Part shown: piece by piece, positions 31,574-39,811 of the stretch
How the letters are laid out: each line of letters begins with the position of its first letter
Numbering within the stretch: the stretch's first letter is position 1
Source: Spirochaetia bacterium
Lineage (GTDB): Bacteria > Spirochaetota > Spirochaetia > SZUA-6 > Bin103
NCBI GenBank assembly: GCA_965203515.1
Contig: OZ241907.1
Coordinates: forward strand, 3,904,001 to 3,968,000
Length of the DNA stretch: 64,000 nt
Direction of reading: 5' to 3'
Translations under genes and position numbers: made by a program
The notes under the pieces: generated by a model
Database searches by the model: none
What the model saw: only the letters and a program-made list of their open reading frames with translations
Told to the model about the DNA's origin: nothing

Positions 31574-32203
31574 TCATCGCTGCTGGCTGGGCGCGCTGAG
31601 CATGCCGCGCGCCGCCGCCGCTTCCTGTTCGCGCAACGCGCCGCGCACGTTGAGCGCGCGGGTGAGCAGCAGGCCGATCAACTCGTGGTGGTCGGCGCCG
31701 CACGGGAACCGCACCTCGGTCCCGTCGACGTGGAGTGCCGCCAGCTTGCCCAGGCCGGCGGCGACGGCCGCCACCCGCCGCCGCTCGCGCGCGCCGTCCC
31801 GGTCGCCCCGGCAACGGTAGCGGCCGCCGCCGAGCGCTTCGACGTCGATGGTCAGATCGTTCTTCTTGTCGCGCACCGACAGCGGCCGGGGCTCCGGCTC
31901 GGCGCCGGGCGGAACCTTGCAGGATTCCGCGAACAGGCGCTTGAGCGCCGCTTCGTGCGCGTCTCCGCAGGCAAAGCGGACCGCCAGGGGATCGCCGCCG
32001 GCGGTGACCATCCCGCCCGCCGTCCGCATGACGCCGGCCAGGAACCCCAGACGGTCGCGGACGCCGTCGAGCTTGCTGTAGCTGTGCAGCAGACAGGTCG
32101 CGCCGCCGCCGTCGTCGGTGCGGTAGACGGCGATGCTGATGTCATGGAAGTGCGGGTCCATCGACAACAGATCGACGCGGCGGCCCAGGTCGAGGGTTTG
32201 CAT
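31574..32203 (-). CDS. Conserved-looking hypothetical protein, first gene of the corrinoid cluster
   Basis: C-terminal part of ORF 31574..34705 from ATG 32203 (MQTLDLGRRVDLLSMDPHFHDISI); has two RFxCGxxH motifs; preceded by a promoter-like sequence. Confidence 0.75.
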   Translation of the reverse strand: MQTLDLGRRVDLLSMDPHFHDISIAVYRTDDGGGATCLLHSYSKLDGVRDRLGFLAGVMRTAGGMVTAGGDPLAVRFACGDAHEAALKRLFAESCKVPPGAEPEPRPLSVRDKKNDLTIDVEALGGGRYRCRGDRDGARERRRVAAVAAGLGKLAALHVDGTEVRFPCGADHHELIGLLLTRALNVRGALREQEAAAARGMLSAPSQQR

Positions 32204-32214
32204 GGCCGTCCATG

Positions 32215-32244
32215 ATCCTAACGGCGGGGCCGACATCGGGTCAA
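32215..32244 (-). promoter_or_regulatory. Putative sigma70 promoter of the corrinoid cluster
   Basis: TTGACC-N18-TAGGAT on the minus strand, 11 nt upstream of ATG 32203. Confidence 0.5.
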
Positions 32245-32263
32245 ATGCGCTAACATCCCGTCG

Positions 32264-34570
32264 ATGGATCATCTGCGGCTGATCTGCGACTTCGGCGAGA
32301 TGAGCGGGCTGTTCATGGACTCGCTCAGTCTGCGGGCGTTCCTGGACAAGGCCGTGCAGATGGTCGCCCGCCGCATGCGGGCGGCGGTATGCAGCATCTA
32401 CATCTACGACGAGGATGCCGAGCACCTGGTGCTGCGCGCCACCATCGGGCTGGAGCCGTCGTCGGTCGGCAGCGTGCGGCTGGCGATGGGCGAGGGGATC
32501 GTCGGCGCCGCGCTCGAAGGCCGGCGGCCGATCCTGCAGCGGGTCGCCTCCGAACACCCCAGCTTCAAGCCGGTGCCGGGCATCTCGGAGGAGCGCTACG
32601 AGGCGTTCCTGGCGGTGCCGATCACGCGCGGCATCGCCTCCATCGGCGTGCTGGCGGTGCAGCGCGACGTGGCGACGCCGTTCGACCAGGACGACGCGCT
32701 GGCGCTGCGCGCGGTCGCTTCGCAGCTTGCCAACGCGCTGGAGAACGCGCGTCTGCTGATCGACGCCAAGGGCGCCGGCGAGCCGGCGCGGCGCGAGGGG
32801 CGCCGGACGCGCCGGGGCGCTCGCGGGCGGGGCGCCCGCGCCGGGGAGCGGTTCTTCGGGCAGACCGCCGCCGAGGGACAGGCGGCCGGTCCGGCGGCGC
32901 TGTTCGATCGCGAGGATGTCTACGAGACGTTCGCGCAGCGCACGTACGACGACCGCGACTACGGCCGGGCCGACTTCGAGTCGGCGGTGCTGGCCACCGA
33001 GCGCCAGCTCGAAGAGCTGCAGGCCAAGGTGGAGGACAAGCTCTCCGACGTCGCGTCGCTGATCTTCACCGCCCACCTGCTGATCCTCAAGGACCCGGAG
33101 TTCACCGGCCGGGTGCTGGCCGCCATCGATCGGGGTGACAGCGTGCCGAGCGCGGTCCTGCAGGTCGCCTCCTCCTACCTGCAGCGCTTCGCGGCCAGCG
33201 AAAGCCCCTACGTCAAGGACAAGGTGCAGGACGTCAAGGACGTGGTGGTGCGCCTGGTCGGCAACATCATCGGCGAGAGACCGGCCATCGACTCCCAGCC
33301 CGGCAGCGTCGTCGTCGCCCGCGAGCTCTACCCGTCGGACCTGCTGGAGCTCTCCGCGCGGGAGGCCGCCGGCGTGGTGCTGGTCACCGGCGGCGCCAGC
33401 TCGCACCTGTCGATCCTGGCCCGCTCGCTGGTGCTGCCGCTGATCATCGTGCGCGACGAACGGATGCTCACCGTCGCGGAGGGGACCACCCTGCTCCTCG
33501 AGGACGGCGGCGTCGTGCGGATCAACCCCGGCGAGGCAGCGTTGCGGAGCTTCCACGACCAGCGGGCGGCCATGGAGGACGTGGAGCGGCAGGTGCCGGG
33601 GCAGCCGGTCACCAGGACGCTCGACGGCACCGGCATCCGCATCCTGGCCAACGTGAACCTGCTCTCCGACGTCGATCTGGCCACCTACCGGGGCGCCGAC
33701 GGCATCGGCCTGTACCGCAGCGAGTTCCCGTTCATCGTGCGCAGCGACTTCCCGACCGAGGAGGAGCAACTCGCGGTCTACACGCAGCTCCTGGCGCGGT
33801 TCCGCGGGCGCGAGGTGACCCTGCGGACGCTCGACATGGGCGGCGACAAGGTCCTCTCCTACTTCACCGACCACACGCGCGAGGCCAATCCGTTCCTGGG
33901 CATGCGCTCGATCCGCTTCTCGCTGCGCAATCCGGACATCTTCCGCCAGCAGGTGCGGGCCATGCTGCGCGCCGGCGTCGGCCGCACGATCCGCATCATG
34001 TTCCCGATGGTGTCGGCGCTCGACGAGTTCCTGCACGGCCGCAGGATCACCCTGGACTGCGTGGAGGAGCTGCAGCGCGAAGGGGTGCCGTGCGAGGCGC
34101 CGGCCATCGGCATGATGGTGGAGGTCCCATCCGTGCTGCCGATCATCGACGCGTTCGCGGCCGAAGCCGACTTTCTGTCGATCGGCAGCAACGACCTGAT
34201 CCAGTACCTGATCGCCGTCGACCGCACCAACGACAAGGTGGCCGACCTGTACCGGCCGTATCATCCGGCGGTGCTGCGCTCGCTGCACCTGGTGGCCGCC
34301 AGCGCCGTCGAGCACGGCACCGACCTGTCGGTCTGCGGGGACATGGCGCACCAGGCCGAATACGTACCGTTCCTGATCGGCATCGGCGTGCGCACGCTGA
34401 GCGTGGAGCCGCTCTACCTGCCGCGCGTGCGGGCGCTGGTAGCCGGCATCGACCTGCAGGAGGCGGAGGCGGAGGCGGAGGAGATGCTGGCCTGCACCAC
34501 CCTCACCGACGTCGAGGAGGTGATGGGCGAACGGCTGTGGGCGCGCCGCGAGGAAGCCGAGCCGGCCTGA
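32264..34570 (+). CDS. ptsP: GAF-domain phosphoenolpyruvate-protein phosphotransferase (EI-Ntr type)
   Basis: N-terminal GAF (CSIYIYD..LVLRATIGL, GEGIVG), SSHLSILARS phospho-His, GIGLYRSEF, RTLDMGGDK, EANPFLG.R, IGSNDL, SVCGDMA. Confidence 0.93.
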   Translation: MDHLRLICDFGEMSGLFMDSLSLRAFLDKAVQMVARRMRAAVCSIYIYDEDAEHLVLRATIGLEPSSVGSVRLAMGEGIVGAALEGRRPILQRVASEHPSFKPVPGISEERYEAFLAVPITRGIASIGVLAVQRDVATPFDQDDALALRAVASQLANALENARLLIDAKGAGEPARREGRRTRRGARGRGARAGERFFGQTAAEGQAAGPAALFDREDVYETFAQRTYDDRDYGRADFESAVLATERQLEELQAKVEDKLSDVASLIFTAHLLILKDPEFTGRVLAAIDRGDSVPSAVLQVASSYLQRFAASESPYVKDKVQDVKDVVVRLVGNIIGERPAIDSQPGSVVVARELYPSDLLELSAREAAGVVLVTGGASSHLSILARSLVLPLIIVRDERMLTVAEGTTLLLEDGGVVRINPGEAALRSFHDQRAAMEDVERQVPGQPVTRTLDGTGIRILANVNLLSDVDLATYRGADGIGLYRSEFPFIVRSDFPTEEEQLAVYTQLLARFRGREVTLRTLDMGGDKVLSYFTDHTREANPFLGMRSIRFSLRNPDIFRQQVRAMLRAGVGRTIRIMFPMVSALDEFLHGRRITLDCVEELQREGVPCEAPAIGMMVEVPSVLPIIDAFAAEADFLSIGSNDLIQYLIAVDRTNDKVADLYRPYHPAVLRSLHLVAASAVEHGTDLSVCGDMAHQAEYVPFLIGIGVRTLSVEPLYLPRVRALVAGIDLQEAEAEAEEMLACTTLTDVEEVMGERLWARREEAEPA

Positions 34571-34592
34571 CCCTTCGCTTGAGGAGATTGAC

Positions 34593-34937
34593 GTGTCGCA
34601 ATCGGATACGGATTCGCAGTACGTGGTAGTCAGCGTCCTCGCCGCCGGTAAAGGCGGCGAGGGCGCCGTGATCGGAAGATCCGAAACGCTGGACGGCGCC
34701 CACAAGCTGGGGGAAGCCGGGTCGCCGGACCGGTCCTACCCATGGTATCGAATCTACCGCCGCGGCAAGATGGTCGTGGAAGTACACGTGACGTTGGGGT
34801 CTGTCTGGGACCCCGCCAGCGGCACGTACGTGGAATACGAGGACCCGGATCCGGAACACCAGAAGGATCCGGGAGTCGAGAGCGGGGGATTGCCGCTCCC
34901 GCCGCGGTCGGAATGGCCGGAGCGACGCGACCGCTGA
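34593..34937 (+). CDS. Hypothetical protein
   Basis: GAGGAG RBS before GTG; protein-like composition. Confidence 0.55.
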   Translation: MSQSDTDSQYVVVSVLAAGKGGEGAVIGRSETLDGAHKLGEAGSPDRSYPWYRIYRRGKMVVEVHVTLGSVWDPASGTYVEYEDPDPEHQKDPGVESGGLPLPPRSEWPERRDR

Positions 34938-35032
34938 CGATCCTCGCGGGGCGGGCACAGCCGGATGACCGTCGAAGCGCTCGACCGGGCGATGCGGACG
35001 GGCGCGTCTTTTCGGCCGCGAAGCGGGCGACC

Positions 35033-35211
35033 GACACAACTTCGGCGGCGAAGACGCGGCGCCTCGGCCGGCAGGAGGCTGCGGCGTGCGCGAAGCGGGC
35101 GGCGGCGCCGCCGCGGATCCAAACTTCGGCAGCGAAGGCGGGCGGCGGGACCGGCCGCGCCATCCCGGCGGCGGTCAAGCGCGCGGTCTGGCGGCCGACC
35201 GGGGCCGCTGC
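35033..35211 (+). repeat. About 180-bp partial copy of the 3' region of the downstream HNH gene (matches 36471-36646)
   Basis: Near-identical by eye: gacac..acttcggcggcgaagacgcggcg.ctcggccggcaggaggctgc ... gcggtcaagcgcgcggtctggcggc.cgaccggggccgctgc. Confidence 0.88.
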
Positions 35212-35220
35212 TTGCAGACG

Positions 35221-35400
35221 CCCATCTATGATCTGTTTCCCGATCGCATCGTTGGGATCGGAAATCGCCAAGTACCGGAAGGATGGCGCAACGGAACGGT
35301 TCACCGATATCTCATTGCTCAATCCGGAGTCCTGGTCTTCCAAATCTCCCAGCCTTCGAGACCAGCTTCTGCCGAGGATATTCGCCAGGAGATCGTTGCG
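35221..35400 (+). pseudogene. Degenerate type I R-M specificity subunit (HsdS) remnant
   Basis: Stitching frames gives IYDLFPDRIV / SEI / VPEGWRNGT / FTDISLLNPESWSSKSP / SLRDQLLPRIFA, resembling the HsdS central (DLFPDR..SELG.IPEGW) and C-terminal (LRD.LLP) conserved regions; AT-richer than the flanks. Confidence 0.6.
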
Positions 35401-35406
35401 GATAAC

Positions 35407-35435
35407 TTGACTCAAATACTTTTCATTACTATACT
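35407..35435 (+). promoter_or_regulatory. Near-consensus sigma70 promoter, leaderless arrangement
   Basis: TTGACT-N17-TATACT, then 6 nt to ATG 35442. Confidence 0.7.
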
Positions 35436-35441
35436 TATACC

Positions 35442-36874
35442 ATGAACGGCACTCGTTCCGACACCGCCGGCGCAGCCATCACGACCACCGTTTCCGCCCT
35501 CTCCGACGATCGCCTGATAGAGCGGACCAAGGAACTGTCCGGCATCGAACACCAGCTCGAAGTGGTCGTCATCGACCACCTGCGCGAGATTCAGAAGCGC
35601 CGTCTCTACCTGCGTCGCGGGTTCTCCAGCCTGTTCGATTACGCGGTCCGCGAGCTGCGCTACAGCGACGCCGCCGCTTGGCGCCGCATCAAGGCGATGC
35701 GCCTCTGCGCGGACATCGACGGCGTGCGCGAGCGCCTGCAGGACGGCTCGATGACGCTCAACGCCGCCGCGCAGCTACAGAACGCCTTCGACCGACAGGA
35801 GCGCACGCGCGAACGCGCGGCGCGCAGCGCGCCGGGCGGGGAAAGGTTCGGGGCCGCCGCGCAGTCGCAGGACGGCTCGGCGCTGGCGTCGGCGCCGGGA
35901 CCGGCGCAGCCGGCGGAACGGAAGCCGGCGCCGGTGCTGGACCGGTCGGCGCGGCGGGCGCTGGTGGAGCAGGCGGCCGGCAAGAGCAGCCGGCAGGTGA
36001 TGCGGTTGCTGGCCGAGGTCGACCCGGAGCTGGCGGTGCCGGCGGATCGAGTGCGCCCGCTGGGCGCCGGGCGCTGGGAGATCAAGGCGGTCATCGACGA
36101 TGAGTGCCGGCGCGGCTTGGAGCGGCTCAAGGGCCTCCTGTCCCACGTCGACCCGCACATGACGTTGGGGCAGATCGTGGGACGCTTGGTGCAGGAAGGG
36201 CTCGACCGCCACGACCCGGCCCGCCCGCCGCGCGGGTGGCGCACCGGCTCACGCGCCGCAGGCGAGCAGACTTCGGCGGCGAAGACGCAAGCGGCCTCGA
36301 CTCGCGGCGCCGCTTCGGCGGAGAAGCACGAGGCCAGCTCGGACAGCGCCGCTCCTTCGACGGCGAAGGTATCGGCTCAGACAACGGCGCAGCCGGGAGA
36401 CGAAGCCGCGCCGCTGCAGGCGGACCGCGGCCCGGAACGCCCGGACACTTCGGCGGTGGAGCCGGCGGGCGACACCACTTCGGCGGCGAAGACGCGGCGT
36501 CTCGGCCGGCAGGAGGCTGCGCGTGCGCGAAGCCGGCGCCGCAGCCGCGGGACGAAACTTCGGCAGCGAAGGCGGGCGGCGGGACCGGCCGCGCCATCCC
36601 GACGGCGGTCAAGCGCGCGGTCTGGCGGCGCGACCGGGGCCGCTGCAGCTACGTGGACCGCACCAGCGGGCGCCGTTGCGGCTCCCAACACCTGCTGCAG
36701 ATCGATCACGTCGTGCCATACGCCCGCGGCGGCGCCGCCGAGCCGAGCAATCTTCGGCTGCTGTGCGCCGCGCATCACCGCCACCGCCACGCAGGCGCCG
36801 GATTCGGCCGCCCCGGCGAGGATCGTCAGGCGCCGGTTCCGTTCAGCCCCGCTGCCGAAGGCGGAAACCGGTGA
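35442..36874 (+). pseudogene. HNH endonuclease domain protein with a frameshift near 36520
   Basis: N-terminus (LSDDRLI, HLREI..RRLYL..GFSSLFDY, AWRRI) is in one frame; HNH domain (RAIP.AVKRAVW.RD.GRC..C..LQIDH..P...GG....NLRLLC..HH) is in the frame of ORF 36104..36874. Confidence 0.8.
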
Positions 36875-36898
36875 TCAACCGAAGGAACGCGATGGGCT

Positions 36899-37759
36899 TC
36901 ATGCTCCGCCCTGCCGATGCAGATGGTCCTGCCTGATCACGCCGGCCTCCATCAGCCACGCTGCGACCACGGCCCAGGTGGCGGCGACCGCGGCGCCGGT
37001 CGCTATCTCGAAGATCGCTTCCCGAGCCTGGGGGTACAGGTCATCGAATCGCAGTCGAAGCGCTATCGTCGCGCAGATGAACATGAAGACGCCTACCCCG
37101 CACAACACGAGCTTGAAACGGTCCCGGTTCGTTCGGTACAGGCGCATCATCGACATGCCGAAGAACAGCGGGCACGTGGCGGAGAAACAGATGAACGTCA
37201 GCGTTGCCATGGCGACCGTCAGGCGGACCGTTGCCATGGCGATCGCGGTGACGATCAGCGCGATGATCAGGGCGACGACGGTTCTGCGTCTGAGATCGGG
37301 AGCCATTCGGAGTCGACCTCCTGAGCTCTCCATACCGCTATCGTCATTGTCCCGGCCTCCATCCTGCCGATGCGGACGGTCACGCCTGATTACGCCGGCC
37401 TCCAGCAGCCACGCTGCGACCACGGCCCAGGTGCTGGCGGCCACGACGCCGGCCGCTATCTCGAAGATCGATTCCCGAGCCTGGGGGTACAGGTCATCGA
37501 GCATCAGTCGAAACGCTATTATCGCGCAGAGGAACAGGACGACGCTCACTCCCCACAACACGAGCTTGCAACGGTCACGGTTCTTCCGGTACAGGCGCAT
37601 CATCGACATGCCGAAGAACAGCGGGCACATGGCGGAGAAGTAGAAGAACATCAGCGTTGCCATGGCGACCGTCAGGCGGACCGTCGCCATGGAGATCGCG
37701 GTGACGATCAGCGCGATGATCAGGGCGACGCCTGTTCTGCGTCTGAGCTCGGCAGTCAT
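36899..37759 (-). CDS. Membrane protein formed by two tandem, similar four-TM units
   Basis: GGAGGT RBS before ATG 37759; the two halves repeat at a 453-bp offset. Confidence 0.7.
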   Translation of the reverse strand: MTAELRRRTGVALIIALIVTAISMATVRLTVAMATLMFFYFSAMCPLFFGMSMMRLYRKNRDRCKLVLWGVSVVLFLCAIIAFRLMLDDLYPQARESIFEIAAGVVAASTWAVVAAWLLEAGVIRRDRPHRQDGGRDNDDSGMESSGGRLRMAPDLRRRTVVALIIALIVTAIAMATVRLTVAMATLTFICFSATCPLFFGMSMMRLYRTNRDRFKLVLCGVGVFMFICATIALRLRFDDLYPQAREAIFEIATGAAVAATWAVVAAWLMEAGVIRQDHLHRQGGA

Positions 37760-37796
37760 GCGAAGTCGACCTCCTGAGCTCTCCATACCGCTATCG
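36920..37796. repeat. Tandem duplication, unit about 453 bp
   Basis: e.g. caggcgcatcatcgacatgccgaagaacagcgggcac near 37139 and 37592; agtcgacctcctgagctctccataccgctatcg near 37311 and 37764. Confidence 0.9.
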
Positions 37797-37810
37797 CCAT
37801 AGTCCCGTAC

Positions 37811-37850
37811 ATCAGCCATTTCCTGATTTCGGGCTTCCAAATTCCTGAGA
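37811..37850 (-). promoter_or_regulatory. 40-bp site, copy 1 (putative NarL/LuxR-type operator)
   Basis: Reverse complement of 41139-41178 with 2 mismatches. Confidence 0.6.
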
Positions 37851-37874
37851 CGGGCGCGCCGACGCTTCGGGAGC

Positions 37875-38540
37875 TCAATCTTCCAGCGGCACCACCCCCT
37901 CGCGGATGGCGATGCGGGTCAGCTCGGCGACGCTTTCGACCCGCAGCTTGTCCATCACGTGGTGGCGGTGGGTGTCGACCGTCTTGACGCTGACGCCGAA
38001 CGCGCCGGCGATCTCCTTGGTGGTCCGGCCCTCGGCCAGGAGCTGCAGCACCTCCCGTTCGCGGTCGGTCAACGCGGCCAGGGTCGACTCGGGCTCGTCG
38101 ACCTCCTGCAGCAGGTCGATGACCGTGCCGGCGATGCCGGCGCCCAGGTACTTGCGGCCGCGCATCACCGTGCCGATCGCGTCGGTCAGCTCGTCGAACG
38201 CGCACTCCTTGATCAGGTAGGCGGCGGCGCCCGCCTTGAGCATGCGCGCCACGAAGCGGCGGTCGTGGTGCTTGGAGAGCGCCACCGTGCGCGTGCGCGG
38301 CAGCTCGGCGGCGATGCGCGCCGCCACCTCGATGCCGCTCAGGCCGGGCAGGCCGATGTCCAGGATCACCACGTCGGGCCGCAGCCGGCGCGTCAGCGCC
38401 AGCGCCGCCGGGCCGTCGGCCGCCTCGCCCACCACGGTGATCCCCTCCTGCCGGGCCAGGAGCGCCCGCAGACCCTCGCGCATGATCCCGTGGTCGTCGG
38501 CCAGCAGGACGTTCGCCCGCACCGCCGCCGGCCGCCTCAT
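37875..38540 (-). CDS. NarL/LuxR-family response regulator
   Basis: VLLADDH, PDVVILDIGLP, LTDREREVLQLLAEG..TKEIA..VSVKTVDTHR. Confidence 0.93.
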   Translation of the reverse strand: MRRPAAVRANVLLADDHGIMREGLRALLARQEGITVVGEAADGPAALALTRRLRPDVVILDIGLPGLSGIEVAARIAAELPRTRTVALSKHHDRRFVARMLKAGAAAYLIKECAFDELTDAIGTVMRGRKYLGAGIAGTVIDLLQEVDEPESTLAALTDREREVLQLLAEGRTTKEIAGAFGVSVKTVDTHRHHVMDKLRVESVAELTRIAIREGVVPLED

Positions 38541-39811
38541 GCGTCGCGGATCCCTTCGGCGATCGGCGCCGCCAGGGCGGAGAAGACCGGCAGCGGCCCC
38601 AACAGTCCCCCCATCCCGATCGCCGCCGCCGCGCCGGCGGCCACGGCCGTCGGCGTGACCACCGGACCGGTCAGGTCGATCGTCGCGTCCCGGAAGACCG
38701 CCGTCACCAGTGCCACGAGCGGCGCCGACAGGAACAGGCTCAGGACGACTCCGACCGCCGACGCCGCAGCCGCCATGACGACCGACCATCTCAGGAACTC
38801 GGCGGCGATGGTCCGCTTCGACGCGCCGAAGGCGCGCGCCAGCGCGATCTGCCGGGACCGGCTCAGCACCTCCACCATCATGAGGCTGAGCAGCCCCACG
38901 CCGCCGGTGATGAGGATCAGGACGGCCAGCAGGTTCAGGATCAGCGACAGGGTCCGCACGGTGGAGCGGGGGTCCAGGTCATGCAGGTTTGCCGAACCGG
39001 ACGCCTGGGCCACGGCCACGGCCGCGTCATGGCCGTACTGTCGGGCGAGCGCGGCGCGCACCTGGCTCTCGATGGCAGCGAGGCTGGTCCCGGTCGCGCG
39101 CAACGCGATCGCATAATGCATCCGGCGACCGGAGTCCGGATCGAGCCCGACCACCAGATCGGCTATCTCGTACACGCGGCGCCGCAGCTCGTCCGGGTCC
39201 CGGAAGACGCCGCGCACGACGTAGGCCGGCATGGACGCCCTGCGGAAGTTCGCCGCGGCTTCCGGTGACACGTCGCCGCGCACCGTCATGCGCGGCGGCG
39301 CGGTCTGCAGGGTCTGTCCGAGCGCGGCGGCCGCCGATCCGTACAGCACCTCCGCCAGTCCGGCGCTGATCACCGCCTGGCGCGGCGTGTCGCCGCCGGC
39401 GCCGGCGATCATCTCCAGGCCCAGCACCCGCAGGTACGAAGCGGAGGCGGTCACCGCGGTGCGGACCTGATAGGTCGTGCCGCCCACCACGTACTCGTCC
39501 GAGGCCAGGTCTTGGAAAAGACTTGCCGCCGCGGCGCCGGTCACCTCGCTCATCAGCGCGTCGACCGCCTGCTGGTTCAACGGGTATGACGGCTGGCCCG
39601 GATCGGCGGCATCATAGACATGGACGACTAGGCCGTCGCGTTCCAGCCGCTCGACCATCAGGCGGTTCAGGGCGGTGCTGATCGACAGCGCGGAGATCAG
39701 CGCGGCGACGCCCAGCGCGATCGTGGCCAGCAGCAGGGCGGACTTGAGCGGCGAACTCCCCAGACCGGTCGGCGCTGCGCGCAGCGTCCGCATCGTTGCC
39801 GCCGGCATCAT
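38537..39811 (-). CDS. ABC transporter permease, FtsX/MacB-like
   Basis: N-terminal TM, periplasmic core, GGVGLLSLMMVEVLSRSRQIALARAFGA. Confidence 0.85.
   Translation of the reverse strand: MMPAATMRTLRAAPTGLGSSPLKSALLLATIALGVAALISALSISTALNRLMVERLERDGLVVHVYDAADPGQPSYPLNQQAVDALMSEVTGAAAASLFQDLASDEYVVGGTTYQVRTAVTASASYLRVLGLEMIAGAGGDTPRQAVISAGLAEVLYGSAAAALGQTLQTAPPRMTVRGDVSPEAAANFRRASMPAYVVRGVFRDPDELRRRVYEIADLVVGLDPDSGRRMHYAIALRATGTSLAAIESQVRAALARQYGHDAAVAVAQASGSANLHDLDPRSTVRTLSLILNLLAVLILITGGVGLLSLMMVEVLSRSRQIALARAFGASKRTIAAEFLRWSVVMAAAASAVGVVLSLFLSAPLVALVTAVFRDATIDLTGPVVTPTAVAAGAAAAIGMGGLLGPLPVFSALAAPIAEGIRDA

Noticed and set aside
32204..32263. Cobalamin riboswitch upstream of the corrinoid cluster
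   Set aside because: The intergenic region is only 60 bp and lacks the B12-box consensus.
32204..34705. N-terminal 830 aa of ORF 31574..34705, and similar long extensions of 46464..48632, 46494..48974, 57364..59688, 58770..61574 and 60212..63139
   Set aside because: The extensions overlap other genuine genes; starts were reassigned using motifs and RBS or promoter context.
35442..37643. 733-aa ORF as one protein
   Set aside because: After about 36520 it is out of frame with the HNH domain and then runs antisense to the duplicated membrane gene.
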